Assembly (NCBI RefSeq): GCF_037042905.1
Contig: NC_087245.1
Location: forward strand, 39,372,001 to 39,436,000
Direction: 5' to 3'
Length of the DNA stretch: 64,000 nucleotides
Source: Lytechinus pictus
Lineage: Eukaryota
Part shown: positions 53,329 to 64,000 of the stretch, piece by piece
Layout: every line of letters begins with the position of its first letter
Numbering within the stretch: position 1 is the first letter of the stretch
The notes under the pieces: generated by a model
The model's input: the letters and a program-made list of their open reading frames with translations, nothing else
What the model was told of the DNA's origin: nothing
Databases searched by the model: none
Program-made: the position numbers and the translations under genes

Positions 53329-54501
53329 GCCTTTGCCAAACGCCAACGTTATAAATACGTTTATTGATTTCAACCAAAGTATAGTATAAATCTCTGAGAG
53401 GCTTGTTTAAGAAGCAAAATTTGAGGATAAGTCGCGGAAAACAACAGACTTACCCTCAAGAACGATAGAGAGGGAAATGCCAAAGAATAGGTGAGGAGGG
53501 TTTATCAACGAAGATCGACAGACATTCGCAGTTTGTTTGGACTTATTATTTTGTGTGCAAGGAAATCATGGAACCAATGAAATAAGGAAGAAATAATCAA
53601 TATTTGTAGTTTGGAACCTTGGAAGTTCTGTGTTTGCCAATACCAGAGTTATCTTATTGCAGTGTTTATGTTTGCCTATGTCAGTATTACTTATTGCACA
53701 TAACGTGTTTGTTTGTATAGATTTGATGTCTTTGCCATGCAGACTGCGACTTTCTGGTAATAAAAATCAACTTATTTTTTTTTTTTTTTTTGGGGGGGAG
53801 AGGTGTCTTCTTCCTGAGTCGAAAACTTTGTAGCACGTCTTAACAAACTAAGGCATGACAATATTGTTGTATTTGTTACAAAACTTCATCACACGATATT
53901 ACAGTATCTATCACAATTATACCTAAATGTAATGTTAAAGTTACTGATAACAAAGGCAAATAAAAAATATATATACCCACTCAACTGGACCCCTTAAAAT
54001 TGAAATTGAGGCACATCGATGCAGACGTCGTGTTCGTGTACTATTATCCAAATAGGGGTGGATTGTATTTTGGACCCTTAATTTGGGGTTTTATTATATG
54101 TTTTTATTGTATTGTCTCATACAATAACAATATAGGTCTCGTAAGCAAATTATACAATCATCGAAGCAAGTATCACAGAATTATACAATTGAAAAAACGA
54201 TCATTGAGAATGAAAAATATAAAATGACGAGGCTTGTCTCTAATATAGATTGAAATTCATTAGAATTTCTAGAATGATGATAAGAGAGAAAAACAAATTA
54301 AGATAAATATGACATGTGGAGTGGGTCCACCAATCATTTAGATCGATCACTGATTGCCTCCATAATATTTGTCTCAACCAAAAGTAGGAGGGAGTTATTG
54401 AATGGAACGTTGAATGTGGGATATCAACACCAAATGTGCATATGTAATTGGTACATTGGTAATTTTTGTATAGAGATAGATGTGACCCAACGCTCGCTTA
54501 A

Positions 54502-55080
54502 AGGGATGCTCCTGGCTGAAATATTTATATCTAAATAAATTGAGCAAAATTCACATAGCAAAATGCTGAAAATTTCATCAAAATCTGATAACAAATAACG
54601 AAGTAATTGAATTTTAAAGATTAGCAATACATTGTGAAAAAAAGTTATATGCACGTCGTCATGAATATTCATTAGATGGGTTGATGATTTCACATCCCCA
54701 CTTTCTTTTTTCTTACGTTATTACATAAAATCATAATGGTTTCATTTTCTTCATAGATGTGTGAATGATATCTCCCATGTAATGAAAGAAGTTGCAGCAA
54801 TGAATATCTAATGCACTTAATCAGCTGTTATTCCATTATTTATGGTTCTTGAAGGAAAATGAATAAACCTAGTTTCATATGATACAATACAAAAGAATAA
54901 GTGGGGATATGACATCATCGGTTTGCTCATATTTATGAAAACATGCCTAGAAATGTTTCACCGGAATAGTGCAAATCTTTAAATGCCATAACTTTGTTAT
55001 TCCTTGTCCGATTTTGATCAAATTTTCAATTTTTTTGTTTCTCTGATTTTGTTCAAATCATATTATTTTCAGCCTGGAGT
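54502..55080. mobile_element. Degenerate Kolobok-like MITE (family of 13708-14260)
   Basis: TTAA|AGGGATGCTCCTGGCTGAAAT...; the right end is eroded. Confidence 0.65.
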
Positions 55081-55374
55081 TTATGGATGATCAATAGGGG
55101 AGTGTCTGCGACGTCTCATTGACGCATTAAGTGTGGTAAGTGATTGGCTATTTTCACCTCATCATATAATTAATCACTCATTCTTATTTATCTTCTCCCT
55201 TTTTGCACATGTGTGCACGTCTGTCTACATCTAATTGGAATTCGAAACAGAATGAAATGAAAAGTGACGTCTCTGACGCCAATATATCCTTGTTACAAAC
55301 ATTCAGCCATGGAAAACGATTTCTTTAAATGACTTCATCAAAACCCCTCAACCATGTCGTGTAATCCTGATTAA

Positions 55375-55536
55375 TATCTTGGTCACATTTGTTCTACGGC
55401 GGCCGTACGGCGAGTCGAAAACAGCCGTTTTAACATTTGTTGTACCAACTACATATAGGTGGTTTGAATTAAAATGAATAAAACGGCTGTTTTCGACTCG
55501 CCGTACGGCCGCCGTAGAACAAATGTGACCAAGGTA
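55375..55536. mobile_element. Small palindromic MITE, TAA TSD (Harbinger-like)
   Basis: ~55-bp TIRs CTTGGTCACATTTGTTCTACGGCGGCCGTACGGCGAGTCGAAAACAGCCGTTTT and their reverse complement. Confidence 0.8.
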
Positions 55537-55588
55537 TAAGCACCATTGAACAGTTGAACCGCCCGGACGGTGAGTGAAGCTCTCAGAT

Positions 55589-55593
55589 GCCGA

Positions 55594-55644
<51 letters not shown>

Positions 55645-55683
55645 AAAACCTTACTAAGTTATGAACTGTCCCGGGTCTCGGCA
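55589..55683 (+). tRNA. trnF-GAA: Solitary tRNA-Phe(GAA) with 22-nt T-loop insertion
   Basis: Consensus exons; diverged insert AACCTTACTAAGTTATGAACTG; T-runs downstream. Confidence 0.85.
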
Positions 55684-55948
55684 GATATTTTATAATAATT
55701 TTTTTTTTACAAAATGTCACACGATCCCCTCCCGAATTCAATAACGCGCTAAAGGACTTGAACTTTCGAAGTAAAATTAATGACGTACATATATAAGTTA
55801 GGCCTATAGACACAGGGCCGTAGCTAGAGGGGGGGGGGGTATTCATGGCAGTCGGCAAAATCATGTACCAGTTGGCAAAATGGAGGATAGGGGAGAAAAA
55901 GAAAGAGGGAAAGAAAGGAAGAAAAAAAAGAAAGGAGAGAAGGGAGAG

Positions 55949-56167
<219 letters not shown>

Positions 56168-57309
56168 AAAAAAAAAGGAAAGAAAAATAGAGGTATCAAC
56201 TTCGAAGAAGGTTACGACTTATGGAGTAAAGACAACCAGTTGGCAAATCCAAGTCCATGTAGCCAGGCTTAGAGACCTACTAGTCAGCAAAATACATAGC
56301 AGATGGAGCTATACTAACGCACAAAGTAAGCCCCCGGTCCTCCCCTAATATAAACAAGCTTGTGAGTTTGCAAATTATACCACAATTATTGACGATTTAA
56401 CAAACACATTCGTTTTGTAAAATTAGAGGCAAGACAAAGTGATGTACAAGTACTGCCCCGTTTCAGAACTGAAAAGAACAGAACTCTGCAGTTGGCAAAT
56501 TCATGAAGACAAGTGTACAACTTGTAGACTTGTCTACAAGTTTGCAGTTGGCAAAAAACACAAGTTATTATTGTTTTGTGTAGTGATATATGCTTTTTTC
56601 ATGAATATATACTTGAAGTAACTGCCCCCTTTTAAGGCCTTAATATAAAACATTTTCAGTCTGTGTTTACGTTTGCATTGGTGTGGACCGATATAGGTAC
56701 CGGGCTGGTGTTAAATCAACACCGGCGTTTTTTTTTGCAGTGCACAAATTCTTAAAGACAGTCCTTAAAATGTCCCTTTTTCTGATCTAATTATAACAAA
56801 TTTTCAGCTCGCGTTTCGCGCTTGCATCACTTGATTAGTGAAATAGTAAATTCCTACAAACAAGCCATAGAATGCCCCTCTTCAGGTCTAAATTTCAAAA
56901 ATTGTCAACTCGCGCTTCTGGGCCGCAATATTTCATTAGTGAAATACGTATCATGTTCATGATTACAATGACCACAAAAAGTGCTTCATGTGCTTAGTTG
57001 TAATTATAACAAAATCAGCAAGCGCTTGGCGCTCGCATTAGATGACTATGATGAGATACGTACGCACTTCATGAATTCCAAAAGATAGTCCTTAAAATGT
57101 CCCTTTTTATGGTCAAGTTATATAAAAAATTTCCGCTCGCGCTTCGCGCTCGCATTGTTTGTTTTGTGAGACAGGTACATATCATGATTACAAAACTTTG
57201 CTTATAATGTCCCTATTTAGGAATGAATATCAAACATTTTCAGCTCGCGCTTCGCGCTCGCATTATTTGATCACTAAGATACATATCCGTTTAATTGCAT
57301 AGTCCTTAA

Positions 57310-57893
57310 AGGAGAATGAAACCCTTGAAACCAGCTGAATCCATATCAAAGAGAAAAATCAAAGAAACATATTGTTGAAAGTTTGAGGAAGATCGAATGA
57401 ATAATAAGAAAGTTATGAGCATTTGAATATTGAGATCACTAATGCCATGTAGATCCTCCCATTGGCAATGCGACCAAGATCTGTGATGTCACACACGTAC
57501 AACTCCCTCATTACTTTAGTACTTATTTCACTTATATTCTCATTTTTATAGAGTCTATCACAAGGTGAGGTGCTCTCTTTATGAAAGGACAAGTACAGAG
57601 GTTTCACAACATTATATCATTGATGAATCGTTTGTCATATGATTAGAATGAGCAAAAAGAGATGTTTTGGGGTATATTTTCAGTGTCCAAAAGGGGAGAG
57701 TTGTTCATCTGTGACATCATAGATCTTGGTCGCATTGCCAATGGGAGGATCTCCATAGCATTAGTGATCTCGACATTCAAATGCTCATAACTCTTATATT
57801 GCTAGTCCTATTTTACTCAAACTTTTGTTGATCTTATTCTTTGATTTTTCTGCTTTCACAAAAGCTAACTTGCTCCAAGAGTTTCATTCTCCT
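57310..57893. mobile_element. Kolobok-like MITE (TTAA TSD)
   Basis: TTAA|AGGAGAATGAAAC...GTTTCATTCTCCT|TTAA; same family as 5804-7186. Confidence 0.85.
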
Positions 57894-58879
57894 TTAAAGT
57901 GTCTCTATTAGGTCAGTATACCTGGCAATTGAACGCGCTTCGCGCGCCCACTTAATGACTCAAAATTTTTGCTGCCCCCCCCCCCCCAATGCCGCGACCC
58001 ACGGCACGCCACTGTTAGCAGTAGCACTCTTGAAATTTTAGTTGAGTGTCTTGCACAGAAGGTCAATTAAATATTAAAAAATCTTTGATTTTGATATTAT
58101 TAATGCATAGGGTATATAATTATACTGCAAGTTAGCAACTACGGCACACTAGCCTTTCTATTTTGATCCAAAATGTTTATTTTCACAGTGCAAATATCTT
58201 TGTATATCTTTGTATAATTTACCTTAAAGTATTCACCAAATGCCACTAGTTTAATTCTAAAAATTCAAAATCTTTTGGCATGTGATTATTGTAGGGGGGG
58301 CACATCCCCCATCAGACTCCCCCTGTGCTCACGTTGGTGCGATCACGCCAAATTTAGTTGGCAAATTTAGCTGGTACACCCCCCCCCCCCAACAAAATGC
58401 TTCTGGCTACGGCCCTGTATAGACATAATTGCCACCCCTTTATATCACAGCAAAATGCATGTTATTGGCAACCAACAAAAGGCTGTGATACACAGCATAG
58501 TGTGCTACGTGCCCTATATCATGTAGTGAGTGGATGTAGGGAGGGATCCCTCCCTATATAGCACGAAGCGGATTATTTATATCTATCATAAGTGTCTTTC
58601 TCGTCGCCAATTTCACAACTTTGAGAGGTTCAAGCAACTATAAATAACACCATGGATAATTTCCTATCTCACAACCTCATTTAGATGAGAAATAGATCCC
58701 TTATCATGAGAAAAGAAACAACTAAGTGGCGATTGTTCGATATATTTTTTATTTTGTTGCTCATTTTTTGGTGTTTACAACATTTTTCATAAACAAACAT
58801 TTGGACAAGGAGTTACATAACTAAAATTTGAAATCAAGACAATGAACAAATATTTGTTGATATAGATTATCAATTTCCT

Positions 58880-59068
58880 TCAGCAAGAAACTGATCCACA
58901 GTGTGCTGCACTCAACCCAGGTGAGGTAAATGGGTACCGGTAGGAATTAATTCCTTAAAAAGCTGTGTGCGCTATGAACGCCTAGCATAGCCGGGTAATA
59001 TAGGAGCGCCTTGAGCACCTAACAAGGTGGATATGTGCGCAATATAAATACCCTATATTATTATTATC
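58880..59068 (+). mobile_element. 3' part of a SINE
   Basis: CAACCCAGGTGAGGTAAATGGGTACC central motif, LINE-like 3' stem-loop GCGCCTTGAG...GTGCGC and (TTA)n tail. Confidence 0.5.
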
Positions 59069-59674
59069 AAATGTATCATAAATGAATTTAAGTGGTATAT
59101 TCTGTTGTACAATGAATAAGATGGTTGTAAGGATTGTCACAAAAAGTGAAGCTTGAAAGCGTGACAACCTTGGAAATAGCCAAAATGAATAAATCCATTG
59201 TTGCCTTTTCAAAAGGCAACGATGACGTCGTACGTGAAAAAGCACTCTTTCTGCACAGAAATTCCCCTCTTATTGCGCGGAGCGCATACCCTATTTCTGT
59301 ATGTGTATTCTCGTCGAAAAAAATCACTGTGCAATGAACAACGGAGGTTTACGTTAACATTGATGATATATATAACACATATTTTTTTTGGACAAAAATA
59401 AAGAAATTTGAACCGCTAATTTTGTATCATGGGGAAATAAAAATAGAAGACGCCATTTTCGGTCTTTTTTAAAAGAGCAACAATTTAATTTGCTTGAAAT
59501 TGAAACTTTTCGACGCATTTTTTTTAGGAAAGGGGGTACAAACGACATTCCTATGAAATCCTTTTTCTCAGACTTCTCAAGATATGAGAGAGATTTATTT
59601 AAATGACGTCATCAAAACCTTCCATCCATAAAGCTCTCTTCATAATACATTTGACATACAAGAGGATTTAAGAT

Positions 59675-59679
59675 GCCGA

Positions 59680-59711
<32 letters not shown>

Positions 59712-59761
59712 GTCCCTGGTTCAATACTTTGCAAAAGTTAGAACTGTCCCGGGTCTCGGCA
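59675..59761 (+). pseudogene. tRNA-Phe copy with an 8-nt deletion in the anticodon arm and a highly diverged 22-nt insert
   Basis: Slippage between CTGAAG repeats; insert TACTTTGCAAAAGTTAGAACTG. Confidence 0.8.
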
Positions 59762-61071
59762 GAATTTTAGCTATCATTTTTGAAAAATTATTATTATTTC
59801 ACCCGATCACAAAATAAACATGGCAATTGATTGAACTTGCACTTTCATAGTAAAAATTATAATACAATAATCATTTCTGAATGGTAAACAATGCCTAATA
59901 ATAGCCAATAATAGAGATGTGCGGGCTCAAAAATGAAAAAAAAAAGCGAAATGAAAATTATTTTATTTGAGTTGTAATCGTTTATTTAAATAAATTTCTT
60001 TCCTCATGCATGTTGGTCTAATAGCGCCCAATAGCTTGCCGTCAAATGTTTGAGATTATAGTATTTCATTTTATGATGCACAGAATATTTCAATAAACGA
60101 ACGTTCGTTGTTTATACATTCTTGTATAGACACAACGAACAACACACGAATGTTTTACGTGTATCACATAACGTTTCACTCTTTGGAATCGTGCCTGGAA
60201 ACCTGCAGAAGGATTCTACCGATCCTTGGCAATATGCCATTCTTTCAAGTAAGTTCTTACGTCTCTTCGTCGATGTTTGGAGTCCTGCTGCTACCCGAGG
60301 TCGTCGTCCAGTGCGATATCGAGTACAGTACAAGAGCTGTTGCTTTGGTCCTGGGTCTACGAAGTATGATAATGTACTTCACTGGAGAGTTGTACACCGT
60401 CTTTTGGCGGGAAATGTCAGAGAGAAAATCTTAGTTTTCGAGAAAAAAAAATTCTGCCCTACAATAAAGGGCGGATGGGGGAGCAGAATTTTTGTCGATT
60501 TGTTTTTCTAAGGAAAGGAGCTGGCACAATTGACTGTTTTTGACAAAACAATACTATAGCAATGAATATCTTACATTTTCACTTTACTTACACAATGTGC
60601 GCTCGATTAATATTAGTTCTTTCGGGCTCTTTCAGGACATACATGTCGTATCGAAAAATAAAGTTTTGGGCTGTCGCAATTCTTCGTTTTACGAGATAAA
60701 ACAATACATAACGATTGCCCTTCTGTCCGCGTATGTGCGTGTGTATTTAGCAGTCAGCTACTCATTAACATGATTGTGCTCTTGTGGGAAAAGGGTTCAC
60801 CAAAGGGTTCTTTACGTGTTCAAGGAACTTATTTTTTTACATATAGAAAGTGGCTATTTTTAACGTAACTTAAACCTTATAGGGAACCTTGGAGGTTCCA
60901 AATATGGAACAAATATTGAACCCTATAATAGAGCCCTATTCTCTCTATAGGAATACGACGTTGTACGCAGACATCATTTCGCGAATTTAATTCAATTCCG
61001 CCGTTTTAGATATATGTATTTCAATTTGATTATACACGATAAATATATGCTGTATACCTCTTACTAATATT

Positions 61072-62440
61072 CAGTGGCGTAGCTACGGGGGGGCCTGGGG
61101 GGGGCACGTGCCCCCCTGAGATTTGGTGTGCCCCCCAGGTGCCCCCCCTGAAAAAATTGGCAGAGCAAAAAAAAAGAAAAAAGGGAGAAAGAAGAAAAGA
61201 AAAAAGGAAAAGAAGAAGAAAGACAGAAGAAAAAAAAGAAGAGGAAAATAAGAGAAGGAAGACGAGTGAATGAAATAATGTGAGGGGAAGACTTGCAAAA
61301 AAAAACCAAATCTTTCATGTTACTATATAAAATTTTTGCTTGCGCTTCGCGCCAGAATTGCCTGTTCGATGAAATTCATATCTTGCTCAATAGGCTGATA
61401 TGGAGCAAGTTTTTAAGTTAATATACAAAACATATTTTAGCTCGGACATCGAGCTTTCATTATTATTCTGTTCTGTAAAATGCTCTGTAAAATGTCCGTT
61501 TTATGGTCTACAAATCAGCATTTTAAGCTCACGCTGCGTGGTCACATTGTTTGATTTGCCAAGTTCATATTGTCTATTGGTTTCCATAATGTTCCATTAA
61601 ACAAATGTATTCAGAATGCCCAGGTCTAAATCTAAAACATGCGCGATAGCCTGCATGTTCTTTATTTAAAATGTACTTAGATTATCCAGTTTCACATCAG
61701 AATATCAATAATTGTCTGCTCACGCTTCACGATCGCATTATTAATGATACCCGATTAACTATATCCTATTCATGATTTACAAAATATAAATAGAGTGTCC
61801 CGCTTGTAGGTCTAAAATCTCAATTTTCTTCCCCTCGCGCTTCGCGCTCGCATCAATTGTTTAGTTACATACCTATCCCATTTATTAATACAAAAAGTGC
61901 TTAGAATGACCATTTTTTTTAGGTCGCAATGTCAAAAAAGTTTGCTCGCGCTTCGCGCTCGCATTATTGAAATATACATGTCTACGTGGGTAACTGTAAG
62001 CAGTCCTTAACAGGTCCCTTTTCGATAATGCTAGAACAGTTAATAAAAATTTCTGCTCGCGCTTGGCGTTCGCAGTAACCATCTAGTTACATACGAATCT
62101 TGTTCAGGATCACACATTACATTGCCCAGAATATTAAATTTTCAGGACAAAATACATGAAAGTAAAAAAAAAAATCGCTCGCGCTTCGCGCTCGCACTTT
62201 TTATAAGGCTTATGAGATTATTTCATGTTTTTGTTGTTTTATAAGAATAAAACTATAAGAAGTGACTGATCGGGGAAAATATAGGTGAAGATAATTTCGG
62301 GCCCCGTCCCCTATTGGCGAAATTCGGATCCGCCCTTGTGACACATACACACACACACCGGAAAAAATGGTGCCCCCCCCCCTGAAAAAGCAAGGACCCC
62401 CCAGTGCCCCCCCAGGAAAAAAACCCTAGCTACGCCACTG
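61072..62440. mobile_element. hAT-like non-autonomous element
   Basis: TIRs CAGTGGCGTAGCTA / TAGCTACGCCACTG; 8-bp TSD CTAATATT; internal GCTCGCGCTTCGCGCTCGC repeats. Confidence 0.85.
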
Positions 62441-64000
62441 CTAATATTCGGTCAGAAGCACTTTTTTTTCTCTTTCGACGTGGTGAATTCTTCCCTTGCA
62501 GTTAATAAGTCAGTTTTTAGGTTTGTTGTGCACCTCCATATCTCAGAAGAATAGTTACTTACCGTCATACCATTTAGACTATATAACTCGACATGTTTTT
62601 ATACCAATCAATAATTACACCTGCCTCAACCCAAAACTTAAAACAAAAACGTTCTTTTTTCTTATACTGCAACCAAACTTTTCAACTCCCTATTCAAACT
62701 TTAATATCCCCTTCAATCCAAATCGTTAAAAAAACGCCTTTCATATGCAATACCAGACACATTGAACATAATTGTCTATATTATGTAACCATCCAAAATT
62801 AATGACCAGTCTTGTCATGTTATTTTGTTGTTGTTCTTGTTGTTACTTAATTGTGATGATTTTGTCAATCATATTTTGTCTTAGTTTGTTTTTATATATT
62901 ATTTTTCATGTTTTATACTCATTTCCTATATGACTTTTTTCCTATGAAACCTATATGTCATTATTTATTTTCATACACTGTTTTATTCATTTTATGTCAT
63001 GATTATTATATGTGTTCATTTTGACATACCTCCCTTGGTAAATTAGGCCAATTGGATTGAACGGGACAGCCCCGTCTCTTTGAAGAAAACGTGAATAAAT
63101 AAATCAATAATATCATGCTTTTCAGAAAAGGGGTGCGTGCATGCAGCCTTGCACTTATCATCCATATTTAAATCATTATTACGATTATTGGTGTATGTTG
63201 CTTTGCCAAAGGGGACGATACGTTAGAATGACCCTTTTCACGTTTCATACGTGAAGAGGATCATTCTGAATAGCTGGTTTTTTTTTTGTTTAAAAAAGGG
63301 TGATTGTAGAGGTGGTGGGATGCATTATATTATTGACACGCATGTTGACTAATAATCTGTTGAACTTCTCAAAAACTAGGGTAGGGTAAACAAAAAGTAG
63401 GGTAATAAATTTTATTTATTTTATCTGTTTATTGGTAGGCATTTTGAATACAGTTCAGCACTTTCCGGGGAGGTCAATATACTATGACAAAGTAAATCAA
63501 ATAATAATGCGAATACAGTTACAGTATAAATTTCACAAAAAGTATAGATAGATGAAATCACTTTTCTGAATATAAAGTGAAATCTATTTGATTTTTGCAT
63601 GAAAGAGTTCCAAATATTAATTTGCTAACCCGGTTGCTATCTCGGTACGCTTTTGAGAAATTCAACCTCATGCTCCTCGTCTGACCCCAAAATGGTGTGT
63701 AATTACGCCAATGATACAAAGCTATAATGGTTAAATTGTATAAAAAAAGGAGAAAAAAAAATCTACTTGCAAGATAAATCAAATAATGGAATAGTGCCCC
63801 TCCACCTAAATAAACTTTGTCAAGCAAGGGATGCAAAGAAAAAGGAAATCATTTCTCAAAATTAAATTTAAAATCTATCACAAAAAATTTAATACGTGTT
63901 GCTGCCGCTTACTTCTAGCTGTACTGAGCGGTGTCCCTACAATTTCTCCGCCGACATTATTGCTACACAAAATGCGTCAAATACTAAAATAAAATTTGGG

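Noticed and set aside
60108..60511. Overlapping ORFs in a relatively GC-rich patch
   Set aside because: No recognisable motif or splice structure; it may be a decayed coding or transposon fragment but cannot be supported.

Overview
Eukaryotic, AT-rich, repeat-dense genomic DNA from an animal; the repeat families suggest a marine invertebrate such as a sea urchin, which is inference only. One intact three-exon sulfotransferase-like gene lies on the minus strand (1275-5216), with two further copies of its first exon far upstream (16796-16989 and 53116-53328). The dominant feature is a family of about 26 full-length tRNA-Phe(GAA) genes plus about 20 degenerate copies, mostly in a ~1.9-kb tandem array (~25.7-52.8 kb) that includes a 5.7-kb higher-order duplication. 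Every full-length copy carries a 21-22 nt insertion in the T-psi-C loop between positions 58 and 59. Removing it restores a perfect 73-nt cloverleaf. Its 3' end (GAAY) pairs with G53-C56 in bulge-helix-bulge-like geometry, so it is a candidate non-canonical T-loop tRNA intron in an animal. The rest is mobile DNA: a decayed CR1/L2-group LINE, a 5'-truncated L1/Tx1-group LINE and a 4.4-kb foldback element (both inside the tRNA array), a Helentron-type HINE, many nested MITEs with TTAA, 8-bp or TWA target duplications, SINE remnants and simple repeats.
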